Shown here: positions 8,833-18,315 of the stretch, piece after piece | Numbering within the stretch: the first letter of the stretch is position 1 | Layout of the letters: the number at the start of each line of letters is the position of its first letter | Source: Candidatus Micrarchaeia archaeon | Lineage (GTDB): Archaea > Micrarchaeota > Micrarchaeia > Micrarchaeales > CABMGC01 | Length of the DNA: 30,740 nucleotides | Assembly (NCBI GenBank): GCA_049976305.1 | Contig: JBMFIM010000010.1 | Location: 1-30,740, forward strand | Direction: 5' to 3' | Notes under the pieces: model-generated | What the model saw: the letters and a program-made list of their open reading frames with translations, nothing else | The model's database searches: none | What the model was told of the DNA's origin: nothing | Made by a program: the position numbers and the translations under genes

Positions 8833-10551
8833 CTATTTCTTTGTAACGAAGAAATTGCCTATTGCTAGGTACCTTGCTCCTGTGTTGTGCAAAGTCCAAA
8901 GTGCATCCTCAGGAGTCATGACTATTGGCATGCCGTGCTTGTTGAAGCTTGTATTGAGTACTGCGCCCACTCCTGTCTTTTTCTTAACTGCTTCTATAAG
9001 CTCTCTATAAAGCTTGTTCTCACTGCCAAGTATCTGAGGCCTAGTTGTCTTGTCTATGTGCGAAGCTGCGACAAGCTTCGGAAACTCCTCTGGCTTTATT
9101 TTGTAGCCTACTGTCATGAACCTGTTTGGCCTTGGATATGGGCTGAGCAGCTTTGCTGCATCCTCCTCAAGTATCGTGCTGGCAAAAGGCTGGTAGTAAG
9201 GTCTTCTCTTTATTATTATGTTTACTTGGTCCCTATTTTCAGGATAATTCGGCAATGCAAGAACGCTCCTATTGCCAAGTGCTCTTGGCCCATATTCCAT
9301 GCGCCCTTGGAACCACAAAACTATTTTGTTTTCCTCAGCAATTTTCTCAGCAGCATATTTTGCAATGTCTTCTACCTCCTCATATTCTATCTTCTCCTCC
9401 TTTGCCTCTTTTTTGACAATTTCTTCTATTTCTAGGTTTGAATATTCAGGGCCGAAGTAGAGGTCCCTTATACCTTTACCCAACCTTCCATGTTCCATAA
9501 AGTCTTCATAAAGCGCAGCCCCTGCTGCAAGTCCGCCGTCACCCATGTGAGGGAATACAAAGAAGTCTTTGACCTCAGGGGACTCGTTGATAAGCATGTT
9601 TATTATGATGTTCGAGAAGAGGCCTCCTGCAACGCACACGTTCCTTATTCCTGTTTCCTTTATGAACTGGTTTACTATCTTCATCACCTGCTCCTCAACA
9701 TATTTCTGCACGCCATAAGCGAGGGCTTCCCTGTTGTACTTCCACAGCAAATGGTCTTTTATGTACTCAGCCAATTCAAACTCGTATTTGACCCCAAAAT
9801 TGCTTACAAGCTGCTTCTTTTTCTCGTCATACCTCACTATCTTCTCAAGCTCCGGTATTGTCTCAGGGTATGAGTATGCAGCAAGGGACATGAGCTTGCC
9901 CTCGTCTTCGCTGTATTTGAGGTCGCAAGCCAATGTTGCAGCGCCATATAGAAGGCCAAGGCTTGCACTGGCTTTGAAAGATGCAAGCCTTTCGAGCTTG
10001 CCTTTGTCTCCTATGCTTACAGTGCCGCTAAGCCCGTCTCCAGCGCCGTCAAGTGTTATAACCAGAGCCTCCTTGAACCCAGAGGCGTAGTAGGCTGAAG
10101 CGGCATGGGCAAGATGGTGCTCTACAAATACAATCTTTTTATCCAGGCCTACAGCCTTTAGGCGCCTAGCAATAATGCTGCCACCAATGTGGGTGCCCAT
10201 GTACCTCCATATGGCATGAGGCTTCTGGTCCTGTATCAGCCTAAACACTAAGTTATGAAGATGCATGCGTATTCTGCTGGGCTTTTTCGCTGCCTTTCTC
10301 CATAAGTCTCTTCTCTTTCTTTCTAGGCTTGGCATAACCCTGGCAAAAAGGGCGCTGCCACCATACCAGGCAACGGCCACCTTTTCTATCTCTTCGCCTT
10401 GCTTAGCCAAATACTTTATAGAGTTGACAGGGAATCCAACATCATTCTTCCTTTTTGTAAACCTTTCTTCGTTTATTGCTGCTATTATGTTGCCATTGTT
10501 TACAAGCGCAGCGCCAGCGTCATGCGCATCATGAATTCCTAAAATTGCCAT
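8833..10551 (-). CDS. Carbamoyltransferase, NodU/CmcH family
   Basis: HDAGAAL, EERFTKRK, EHHLAHAASA, DGAGD, EGKLMSLA, EYGPRALGNRS, QPFA, LNTSFNKHG. Confidence 0.93.
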   Translation of the reverse strand: MAILGIHDAHDAGAALVNNGNIIAAINEERFTKRKNDVGFPVNSIKYLAKQGEEIEKVAVAWYGGSALFARVMPSLERKRRDLWRKAAKKPSRIRMHLHNLVFRLIQDQKPHAIWRYMGTHIGGSIIARRLKAVGLDKKIVFVEHHLAHAASAYYASGFKEALVITLDGAGDGLSGTVSIGDKGKLERLASFKASASLGLLYGAATLACDLKYSEDEGKLMSLAAYSYPETIPELEKIVRYDEKKKQLVSNFGVKYEFELAEYIKDHLLWKYNREALAYGVQKYVEEQVMKIVNQFIKETGIRNVCVAGGLFSNIIINMLINESPEVKDFFVFPHMGDGGLAAGAALYEDFMEHGRLGKGIRDLYFGPEYSNLEIEEIVKKEAKEEKIEYEEVEDIAKYAAEKIAEENKIVLWFQGRMEYGPRALGNRSVLALPNYPENRDQVNIIIKRRPYYQPFASTILEEDAAKLLSPYPRPNRFMTVGYKIKPEEFPKLVAASHIDKTTRPQILGSENKLYRELIEAVKKKTGVGAVLNTSFNKHGMPIVMTPEDALWTLHNTGARYLAIGNFFVTKK

Positions 10552-10566
10552 GGTATCTATTCCTCA

Positions 10567-11412
10567 TTATTGTTTCATAAATGCTATGCTTGCATAGGCC
10601 ACTACAGAGCTATAATCATTTGTCATATTTCCAGAGTTGCCATACTTCAGCAAAACTCCTTTATCAGCTCCCTTTGCCTTTGCAAAAAATGCTGCTGCTG
10701 AGATTGCCCCATAGCCGCAGGCAGTGTCATCTGCTTCAGCAAGAAGCCTGTTGAATAAGCCGACATCAAGCTTCTCGAGAGCCTTTATAGCAGGCATGTC
10801 CTTGCTCTCTGCAACGCTCGCTGGCTCATAGTGGTCGAAGTCTGAGCTGGCAACCACTATAACCTCTCTACCAAGCTTTCCGCTAGCTTTTATCAGCGCT
10901 TCTGCAACTGCTTTGCTTGCCTCTTCGCTCTGATCCGCCATGCAAATAAAAAGTAAGCGGCAGTGACCTAGCAGGCGTTGAATAAACGGAACCTGCACCT
11001 CTACAGAATGCTCCTCTTTTATTTCTGAAGAGTCTGTTGAAAAGCGTGGCTCTTCCTTGCACAGCTCCTTAGCAAGCTCTACATCGTTTTTAGCAATTCC
11101 TAAAGGAGTCTCCCAATCTTCAAGCGACACATTGGCAAAATCTCCTAGCCCCATATGGTTTGGACCTATTACTGCAATAGTGTCTATTTTTCTCTTTTTA
11201 GCAGCCTCAGAAAGGGCATAGTAGGTGTATGCGGCGACATAGCCTGAATACACATAGCCTGCGTGAGGCGCAACAAATGCGAGAGCTTTTGAAAAGTCAA
11301 GCCTTTCCAAACCCTTTTTGTCAACGCTGCTTAGCAGAAAGTCGATAGTCTTTTCAAGCTCGGTTCTTGTGCCGGGATAGAAAGCACCTGCGACCGCAGG
11401 CTTCCTAGTCAT
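10567..11412 (-). CDS. MEMO1-family protein (AmmeMemoRadiSam protein B)
   Basis: RKPAVAGAFYP, PHAGYVYSG, GPNH, EHSVEVQ, SSDFDHY, ACG, VVAYA. Overlaps the rps3ae stop (ATGA). Confidence 0.93.
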   Translation of the reverse strand: MTRKPAVAGAFYPGTRTELEKTIDFLLSSVDKKGLERLDFSKALAFVAPHAGYVYSGYVAAYTYYALSEAAKKRKIDTIAVIGPNHMGLGDFANVSLEDWETPLGIAKNDVELAKELCKEEPRFSTDSSEIKEEHSVEVQVPFIQRLLGHCRLLFICMADQSEEASKAVAEALIKASGKLGREVIVVASSDFDHYEPASVAESKDMPAIKALEKLDVGLFNRLLAEADDTACGYGAISAAAFFAKAKGADKGVLLKYGNSGNMTNDYSSVVAYASIAFMKQ

Positions 11413-11987
11413 ACAATCTTTCTCGAAAACTCTACCCTCTTTATCTCAAACTTCGAAATCGGGGCAATTTTGTTGAGTATTTCGATGGCCTCTTTCCTTA
11501 TCTCCCCGTTAAGCAAGCCCTTTATTATCTCATCCTTTGTGTGTTTTGCGAAATGCTCTTTTAGAAGGTTGCTAACTGCTAATCTTATTGCATGGGTCTT
11601 GGAATACGGTACTTTGTTTCTTGTGGTAATGAGGAGCTTAACCACTACGTCGGAGCCGTCCTTGGACTTTAGCTTGTCATAAGTATAAACAGCATCGGAA
11701 TGCCTTTTTACAAGCGATCTCAAATAGCTGAACTGGCTTTCAAGATATGCCACCTCTGTATCCGCCTTGCCGTTTGCTGCATTTATAATCCTAAGGCCTG
11801 TAGTGTAGAAAGAATGCGAAGGATCATGTGTTACCCAAGCAAGACTCACCTTCATTATTCTCCCTGTTACTGCCTTCTCATCTGCTGCTGGCACACTGCC
11901 TATGACTTCGCTGCCCAGCACAGCTGGCGTTTGCACATCAAACCATTGCTTGGATTTCCATTTTTCAAGTCCTTTTTGCGTGGTCAT
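11409..11987 (-). CDS. rps3ae: 30S ribosomal protein S3ae (eS1)
   Basis: KWKSKQWF start, YLRSLVKR, C-terminal KIAPISKFEIKR. Located downstream of rps15 as in archaeal operons. Confidence 0.92.
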   Translation of the reverse strand: MTTQKGLEKWKSKQWFDVQTPAVLGSEVIGSVPAADEKAVTGRIMKVSLAWVTHDPSHSFYTTGLRIINAANGKADTEVAYLESQFSYLRSLVKRHSDAVYTYDKLKSKDGSDVVVKLLITTRNKVPYSKTHAIRLAVSNLLKEHFAKHTKDEIIKGLLNGEIRKEAIEILNKIAPISKFEIKRVEFSRKIV

Positions 11988-11996
11988 CTAAAAACC

Positions 11997-12455
11997 TTAG
12001 CCTCCCTTAATCAGCAACGCTGCCTGCTGCGGATCATAAGCCCAATCTTTTGGCAACTTACCTACTCGCTTGTAATACTTTGTTAGCCTCCAAATCTTTG
12101 ACTCTACCCTGCTAAGCCTAACTTTGTTATGCACATCTTTGTGGTTCTTTGCCAAATGGTCTCTCATGTTGACTGCCTTCTTTACCAAATCCAGCAGGTC
12201 CGGAGGCAAAGACCTCTTCAAGCCTTTGCTCTCAAGGAATTCATTGAGCCTCATTCCTATTATAGGCTTAACATATTTTACTCCGTGCTTGTCTTTGAGC
12301 ACCTGTCCTATTTGTGCAGGGGAAAAGCCCTGCTTGAAATACTTTACAATAAGATCTTCTACTTCAGCCTTCCTGCTGGTGTCTGCCTTTAGCTCTTCAG
12401 CCGGAGGCTTTCTCGATTTCGATCTGCCGTGCTTTCTCGTATGCATTCTTGCCAT
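11997..12455 (-). CDS. rps15: 30S ribosomal protein S15 (uS15/S13e)
   Basis: MARMHTRKHGRSKS, LPPDL..LVKKAVNMRDHL..NHKD, ESKIWRL.KYYK. Confidence 0.97.
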   Translation of the reverse strand: MARMHTRKHGRSKSRKPPAEELKADTSRKAEVEDLIVKYFKQGFSPAQIGQVLKDKHGVKYVKPIIGMRLNEFLESKGLKRSLPPDLLDLVKKAVNMRDHLAKNHKDVHNKVRLSRVESKIWRLTKYYKRVGKLPKDWAYDPQQAALLIKGG

Positions 12456-12557
12456 TTAACTCACTTTAACATTTTTCCAGTTGCAAGCAATAAACACTTA
12501 ATCAGTGCCAAACAACTATAAATATGTTATGCTTGCTTGGATTTATCAATTTTCTAT

Positions 12558-14921
12558 TTAGTTTAGAATCTTAATCCTTATATTTGTTTCAGGTATCTGC
12601 AACTCGCCAGCACCATGCTTTATCTCGCCTATGTTCATTGCATTTTCTATGTCTGCGAAGGCGGACTCGTCAATGCCTTCTATCACTACCTGTTTGATTG
12701 GCGCATTTAATGCAAGTTTGTTCATATGCTTCCACTGCCTTATGTATGAAATTACTGCATAGGCTTTTGCGCCTACCTCTGCTGCCTTTGCATCTACCGT
12801 TTTTTCTATTTCGCTTTCTTCTGGCCAGTTTAGAAGGTGCACAGATTCAGAGCCGAGCTTGTCTTTGTATATTCTCAGATAAATCGCCTCTGTTATAAAA
12901 GGTAGGAATGGTGCAAAGAGCTTCAGCAAGTTTAAGAATATGGTGTTTATCGTTTTGCTCACAGAGACTTCTTTGCCATATACCCTCTTCTTCACAAACT
13001 CAACGTATTCATTCGCAAAGCGCCAGAAATAGGCCTCTATTTCATTCCTCGCTTTGAAATAGTCAAAATCTTCGAAATATGCAACAGAATCCTTTATCAC
13101 CTTTGCAAGTTCTTGCAGGAAATAGTGATCTATGGGTGTTAGGTCTTTTTCTATCCCAACGCCCTGCTTATCTGTGCCTGTAAGCGTTATGAATCTGCCT
13201 ATATTCCACAGCTTGTTCACAAGTCTTGCGCCTGCCACTATCTCCTTTTCCTGGAACGAGTTATCCTCGCCTAGCGATGAAGAGCTTGCCCAGTACCTTA
13301 CTGGATCTGCACCGTATTTCTCAATATATACTTTTGGATCTACCACATTGCCCCACGACTTGTGCATCGGCCTGCCGTGAGGGTCGAGCCCTTGGCCTGA
13401 GATCATCAAATGCTGCCAAGGTATGCTGTTTGTGTGGAGTAGCGACTTTACTATAGTGGTGAAATCCCAGAATGAAATTATCTCATAGGCATTGGATCTC
13501 ATGCTCATTGGGTAAACCATCGCATACTTGTTGTCAAGCCCCCACCTTGCGTTTATAAGCGGGGTTAAAGACGAAGTCGCCCAAGTGTCCATGACGTCTG
13601 TCTCGGGAACGAACTCGTCTGAGCCGCATTCACACTTTTCCTTGGGCTTGTCGACAAAAGGATTTACTGGCAAGTCCTCCTCCTTAGCTATTTTTGGCTT
13701 GCCACATTTCTTGCAGTACCAAACAGGGAAATACACTCCAAAATATCTCTGCCTGGATATGCACCAGTCCCATTTTAGCCCATTTACCCAGTTCTCATAC
13801 CTCACGCGCATGTATTCCGGGTGCCACTGGATCTTTCTTCCCTGTTCCAGAAGCTTTTCCTTAAGATCCAGATAGGTTATGTACCATTGTTCCTTCATGA
13901 GGTATTCAATCTCTGTTCCGCACCTCTCGTGCACATTTACCGAATGCTCTATCTCCTCCTCCTTTACAACCAGCCCTGCCTTCTTCAGGTCTTCTACAAT
14001 TTTTTCTCTCGCCTCTTTTATGCTTAGCCCTTTATAAGGTTCAGTATTCAACCTGCCTTTGTCGTCTATTACTATTCTGAGGTCCAGGTTGTATGCTTTG
14101 TAAAGCGCTATATCATTCTGGTCTCCGAACGTGCAGCACATCTCTGCTCCAGTACCAAATTCTGGATTTATGCTGTCGTCAGCATAGACCTTTACTTCAT
14201 AGTTGAACAGGGGCACCTTTATGCTCTTCCCCACGAAGCCCTTGTAGCGCTCGTCCTTCGGGTTCACGAATAGGCCTACGCACGCAGGAAGAAGTTCAGG
14301 CCTTGTGGTTGCAATAGTGAGGTCTCCGAATTTTATGTATACGAGCTTGCTTTTTAGCACCTTGTCCTCAAGCTCCATTTGCGAAACAACTGTCTTGCAC
14401 TTCGGGCAGTAAAGGACAGGGGAATTCTTCCTCACAATCCTTCCCATCTTGTAGAGCTCTATGAATGATTTTTGCGAAATTTTCTGCACATCCTTGCTTA
14501 TGGTCTCATAGGTCAGGCTCCAATCTATGGAAAGGCCAAGCCTCTTGAAAAGGCTTATGTACTGCTCGTTGTACTCTCTGACATCATGCATTACCAGCTC
14601 CACGAACTTGTCCCTTTCCAGGTCCTCTGCTACGATGCCATGCTTTTTCTCTATAAGCAGCTCTGTTGGCAGACCGTTGTTATCAAGGCCAAACGGATAA
14701 AACACGTTGAAGCCACGCATACGCTTGTACCTTGCTATGAACTCTGCCTGCGAGTAAGAGAACACATGCCCCATGTGTATGTCTCCAGATACCGTAGGCG
14801 GAGGCGTATCTATGGAGAACACAGGCTTGCTGCTTTGTTCGTCAAACTTGTAGATTTTATGCTCTTCCCAATAGGCCAGTATCTTGGGCTCCTCTATGCT
14901 TGCGTCATATTTGTCTTCCAT
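12558..14921 (-). CDS. valS: Valine--tRNA ligase, archaeal type
   Basis: IDTPPPTVSG..HMGH (HIGH), GLPTE, ATTRPELL, GTGAEMCCTFGD, WDWCISRQR, DVMDTWATSS, MHKS (KMSKS). Likely start is ATG 14921 after a GGAG SD; the track's 15125 start is probably over-extended. Confidence 0.96.
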   Translation of the reverse strand: MEDKYDASIEEPKILAYWEEHKIYKFDEQSSKPVFSIDTPPPTVSGDIHMGHVFSYSQAEFIARYKRMRGFNVFYPFGLDNNGLPTELLIEKKHGIVAEDLERDKFVELVMHDVREYNEQYISLFKRLGLSIDWSLTYETISKDVQKISQKSFIELYKMGRIVRKNSPVLYCPKCKTVVSQMELEDKVLKSKLVYIKFGDLTIATTRPELLPACVGLFVNPKDERYKGFVGKSIKVPLFNYEVKVYADDSINPEFGTGAEMCCTFGDQNDIALYKAYNLDLRIVIDDKGRLNTEPYKGLSIKEAREKIVEDLKKAGLVVKEEEIEHSVNVHERCGTEIEYLMKEQWYITYLDLKEKLLEQGRKIQWHPEYMRVRYENWVNGLKWDWCISRQRYFGVYFPVWYCKKCGKPKIAKEEDLPVNPFVDKPKEKCECGSDEFVPETDVMDTWATSSLTPLINARWGLDNKYAMVYPMSMRSNAYEIISFWDFTTIVKSLLHTNSIPWQHLMISGQGLDPHGRPMHKSWGNVVDPKVYIEKYGADPVRYWASSSSLGEDNSFQEKEIVAGARLVNKLWNIGRFITLTGTDKQGVGIEKDLTPIDHYFLQELAKVIKDSVAYFEDFDYFKARNEIEAYFWRFANEYVEFVKKRVYGKEVSVSKTINTIFLNLLKLFAPFLPFITEAIYLRIYKDKLGSESVHLLNWPEESEIEKTVDAKAAEVGAKAYAVISYIRQWKHMNKLALNAPIKQVVIEGIDESAFADIENAMNIGEIKHGAGELQIPETNIRIKILN

Positions 14922-14979
14922 ACTTACTCCTTTTCTTTTTAGCTTGAATAACTTAAAAATCCCTTCTTTTCTTCTTTCT

Positions 14980-15075
14980 GAAAGTTGGGTATGCTTGCTA
15001 GTAGAGCCTATACATAGACCTGAGGTCAAAGGCCAAGGCGGTTTTGTGCATCTAGGCCTAACGCATACCCCTTTC
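14980..15075. ncRNA. Candidate structured RNA / long stem-loop in the valS-tfb intergenic region
   Basis: Minus-strand pairings: GAAAG/CUUUC, GGGUAUGC/GCAUACCC, GUUAG/CUAGC, GCCUA/UAGGC, UGCA/UGUA, with apical GACC-UCA-GGUC. No known family recognised. Confidence 0.4.
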
Positions 15076-15203
15076 CATTTACTCAATTGGCAGTGCCCCA
15101 CAGGGCCAAAACAAAACAGAAACATTTAAATATCTTTTTGCAGCATGTTTTAAATGCCTTATTTTAGAAAGCTTTAAAAAGTTTTCTCATGCTTGGTGAG
15201 ACG

Positions 15204-16253
15204 ATGGCTAAGAATGCGAAATCGAAGAAGGAGGCCGAGAGCAAGGAGGCAGAGGCAAAAAACGAGGAGCTTCAGGAAACGCCCAGTGAGCATGCAGAGC
15301 ACTCTCATGAGCTAGGTAGTGTTACAGAGCCTTCGCCTGCGGGCGAAAAGCCTAGAGTCTGCCCTAGCTGCGGCAGCACAGACATAGTCTACGATGCAGT
15401 ACGCGGCGAATATGTATGCAATAACTGTGGCCTTGTGATAGAGGCAAATGTTGTTGATACAGGGCCAGAATGGCGTGCCTTCGACGCAGACCAGAGGAAC
15501 GAGCGCGCAAGGACAGGTGCGCCTATAAAGTACATGAAGTCCAACAAAGGGCTCGTAACAGAGATAGACATGTACAACAAGGACATCCGCGGCGCCAAAC
15601 TGCCTTCGAAGCGCCAGGCGCAGCTTTACAGGATAAGGAAGTGGCACAAGCGCGCAAGCATAGCAAGCTCTAGCGAAAGGAACTACTTGGTGGCATTGCC
15701 TGAACTTAGCAGGGTAGGCAGCTACCTTGGCTTGCCTGAGAACATAAGGGAAAGTGCAGCACTTCTCTACAGGAAGTGCGTGAAGAACAACCTGATAAGG
15801 GGCAGGCCTATAGAGACTGTGGTCAACGCAGCCCTCTACACCGTTTGCAGACAAGCTGGCATGCCAAGAACCCTTGACGAGATATCGCAGATTTCGGGCG
15901 TGCCAAAGAAGGAGATAGGCAGGACCTACAGGATCATAGTGCACGAACTCGGGCTTAAGATACCTCTTACCAACCCTATAAGCTACGTGCCTAGGTATGT
16001 TGCAGCGCTCAAGCTAAGCAGCGAGGTGCAGGAAAAGGCAGAAAGCCTGCTAAGGCAGGCGATGAAGAAGGGCCTTGTCAGCGGAAGAAGCCCTACGGGC
16101 GTGTGCGCGGCTGCAGTATACATAGCCAGCGCGCTGGTTGGCGAGAGAAGGACGCAGAAGGAAGTGGCAGAGGTTGCAGGGGTAACAGAGGTAACAATAA
16201 GGAACCGCTACAGGGAGCTCAAGAAAGAGCTAAACATAGATGTCAACCTCTGA
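15204..16253 (+). CDS. tfb: Transcription initiation factor IIB
   Basis: Zn ribbon CPSC...CNNC, GPEWRAF, RARTGAP, two cyclin repeats, GRSPTG, VTEVTIRNRYREL. GGTGAG SD and GAAAG-CTTTAAAA promoter support ATG 15204 (alternative start 15189). Confidence 0.98.
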   Translation: MAKNAKSKKEAESKEAEAKNEELQETPSEHAEHSHELGSVTEPSPAGEKPRVCPSCGSTDIVYDAVRGEYVCNNCGLVIEANVVDTGPEWRAFDADQRNERARTGAPIKYMKSNKGLVTEIDMYNKDIRGAKLPSKRQAQLYRIRKWHKRASIASSSERNYLVALPELSRVGSYLGLPENIRESAALLYRKCVKNNLIRGRPIETVVNAALYTVCRQAGMPRTLDEISQISGVPKKEIGRTYRIIVHELGLKIPLTNPISYVPRYVAALKLSSEVQEKAESLLRQAMKKGLVSGRSPTGVCAAAVYIASALVGERRTQKEVAEVAGVTEVTIRNRYRELKKELNIDVNL

Positions 16254-16264
16254 AGCGCGGTTAA

Positions 16265-16723
16265 ATGCGCAGCCTGGTTTTAATTTTTCTTTTGCTTCCT
16301 TTCTTTCTTATTCTGTTTTTTGGCAAAGAAAGCCTAATCGGCTTAGCCAATAACACTCTTAACTCTACTTCGCGCCTTCAGGCAAACGCGACAATAGCAA
16401 AAGTCAAGGCCTATGTTGATATGCTAAACACAAGCGGCTACCTGGTTTTTTCTCCAAACCTCACACTAGCATACAAGTACCTCCAGATGGCTGAAAAGGC
16501 TGAAAATACGTCTCCGGAAAGCGCAATAGCGTATGCCCAGCTTGCATACAAAGAAGCTACACAGGCCTATGCTAAGCTTGACCAGTACCGGGCAGAGTCT
16601 GCAATAGTGATGCTCGCACTCACCGTAGCCTTCGCAGCAATCCTCTACCGCATAATGAAAAAACAAAAGACTGTAGGAAGGAAGCAGAGCAGAGGCCCAA
16701 GCCCACGCCAAAGGCAAAGATAA
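16265..16723 (+). CDS. Hypothetical membrane protein
   Basis: N-terminal hydrophobic signal/TM segment, C-terminal TM segment and basic tail. Tightly packed between tfb and pfdA. Confidence 0.7.
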   Translation: MRSLVLIFLLLPFFLILFFGKESLIGLANNTLNSTSRLQANATIAKVKAYVDMLNTSGYLVFSPNLTLAYKYLQMAEKAENTSPESAIAYAQLAYKEATQAYAKLDQYRAESAIVMLALTVAFAAILYRIMKKQKTVGRKQSRGPSPRQRQR

Positions 16724-16756
16724 ATTAACTTTTTCTGGCAAGTCTAAATTGGTATT

Positions 16757-17167
16757 ATGGCAAACGATGCTGGCAGCGATATAAACACGCTCACCTACCT
16801 GCAGGCAGCATATACGCAAGAATACCAGGCGGTACTCGAGGCAATAACATCGCAGCTTGCAGCTACAGAGTCCATAGCAAAGAGCAGGGAGTTCCTTGAG
16901 CACCTCCCTGAGCTTTACGGCAAAAAGACATTCGCAGCAAATGGAGTCTTGCTTTATGACACCACAATAGACAAATCCGAAAAGGTCGCTGTTTATGTCG
17001 GTGCAGGATATTTTGTAGAGAAGGGAATAGACGAAGCAAAGTCTTTCCTAGATGCGCTTGCCAAGGAGAATGACGAAACACTTAGGCGGCTTTACGAGGA
17101 GAAGCAGCTTATAGAGAAAGAGCTTACAAAGATAGGCTACCAGATTGCCAAGTTGCAGAAGGGCTGA
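16757..17167 (+). CDS. pfdA: Prefoldin subunit alpha
   Basis: Coiled coils flanking KVAVYVGAGYFVEK..DEA. Directly upstream of ftsY as in the conserved archaeal order. Confidence 0.87.
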   Translation: MANDAGSDINTLTYLQAAYTQEYQAVLEAITSQLAATESIAKSREFLEHLPELYGKKTFAANGVLLYDTTIDKSEKVAVYVGAGYFVEKGIDEAKSFLDALAKENDETLRRLYEEKQLIEKELTKIGYQIAKLQKG

Positions 17168-17172
17168 ACCGG

Positions 17173-18315
17173 ATGTTCGAAGGCATAAAGAACAAGCTTA
17201 GGGCTTTTGCAGAGGCTTTTGCAAAGAAGGAGGAGACTGAAGAGGAGGAAAAAGAGAAGGAAGAGCGGAAGCAGGGGCTTGAGCAGAAGGAGGAAAGCAA
17301 AGAAGAAAAGGCAGAGGAAGGAGAGCAGGAGCGGGAAGAGGCCGAGAGAAAGAAGGAAGGCAAGCAGGCTGCACAGAAAGAAAAAGAAAAGGAAAATAAG
17401 GAGAAAGAAGCAAGAGCAAAGGCAGACATTACTTTTAAAAGCAAAGTCAAGGGCGTATTGCTCGGCAAGGTGAAAGTAACTGAAGAGGATGTAGGGCCTT
17501 TCATAGATTCGCTGAAAATAGACCTCATAAAGTCCGATGTGGCTTATGACGTGGCTGAGAAGCTGGCCGAGAAGATAAAATCTAACATGCTTGGCAAAGA
17601 GATCGATGCAAAGAATGCGAAAGAGGCAATACAGGAAAGCATGAGGAAGGCAATGCTTGACATGCTGCCGAGCACAAGCATAGATTTTGTAGCCAAGGTG
17701 CTTGAGCTCCGCAAGAACGGAGTGGTGAAGATTCTTTTCCTTGGCCCAAATGGGGCCGGCAAGACCACCACAATAGCAAAGATCGCGCACATGCTAAAGC
17801 AGCACGGGCTTAACTGTGTAATTGCAGCAAGTGACACGTTCAGGGCTGCTGCGATAGAGCAGCTTGAGCACCACGCAAGAGCCTTAGGGGTGGAGTTGAT
17901 AAAAGGAAAGTATGGTGCTGATCCTGCAAGCGTTGCTTTTGATGCAATTGCGCATGCAAATGCAAAAGGCTTTGACTGCGTGCTCATTGACACAGCGGGC
18001 AGGCAGGAAACAAACAAAAGCCTGCTTGAGGAGCTTAGGAAGATTGCCAGAGTTGCAAAGCCTGACTTCGTAGTGTTCGTTGGCGAAGCCATAACGGGCA
18101 ACGCCCTTCTTCAGCAAATAAAGGAGTTCAATGAAGTGGTAAAGATTGACGGCATCATACTAACCAAGCTGGATTGCGATGCAAAAGGAGGCGGCTCGAT
18201 TTCGGTGCTGAGCGAGGCAGGAATTCCTATTCTTTTCTTCGGCATAGGGGAGAAGCACACTGACCTAATGCCATATAGCAAGGAGTTTGTTGTAGACTCT
18301 GTGCTCGGCTCTTGA
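17173..18315 (+). CDS. ftsY: SRP receptor FtsY
   Basis: GPNGAGKTTTIAK, DTFRAAAIEQL, DTAGR, TKLDCDAKGG, GIGE. Glu/Lys-rich N-terminal region. Confidence 0.97.
   Translation: MFEGIKNKLRAFAEAFAKKEETEEEEKEKEERKQGLEQKEESKEEKAEEGEQEREEAERKKEGKQAAQKEKEKENKEKEARAKADITFKSKVKGVLLGKVKVTEEDVGPFIDSLKIDLIKSDVAYDVAEKLAEKIKSNMLGKEIDAKNAKEAIQESMRKAMLDMLPSTSIDFVAKVLELRKNGVVKILFLGPNGAGKTTTIAKIAHMLKQHGLNCVIAASDTFRAAAIEQLEHHARALGVELIKGKYGADPASVAFDAIAHANAKGFDCVLIDTAGRQETNKSLLEELRKIARVAKPDFVVFVGEAITGNALLQQIKEFNEVVKIDGIILTKLDCDAKGGGSISVLSEAGIPILFFGIGEKHTDLMPYSKEFVVDSVLGS

Noticed and set aside
14980..15075. T-box, tRNA, 5S rRNA, SRP RNA, hammerhead or H/ACA identity for the hairpin
   Set aside because: No UGGNACC T-box, no TTCRA T-loop or cloverleaf, no SRP helix-8 motif, no complete CUGANGA/GAAA core, and no ACA box after the stem.
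14922..15125. 68-aa N-terminal extension of ValRS
   Set aside because: ValRS homology starts at MEDKYD, which has its own SD and TATA. The region is better explained as a structured leader, although the in-frame GTG at 15101 is noted.
15312..15944. 210-aa antisense ORF inside tfb, and similar shadow ORFs (8887-9435, 17137-17790, 17544-18101, 21982-22518)
   Set aside because: They lie fully opposite well-supported genes and have no motifs.
17220..17420. Purine-rich GAA/GAG repetitive tract
   Set aside because: Explained by the Glu/Lys-rich FtsY N-terminal coding sequence.
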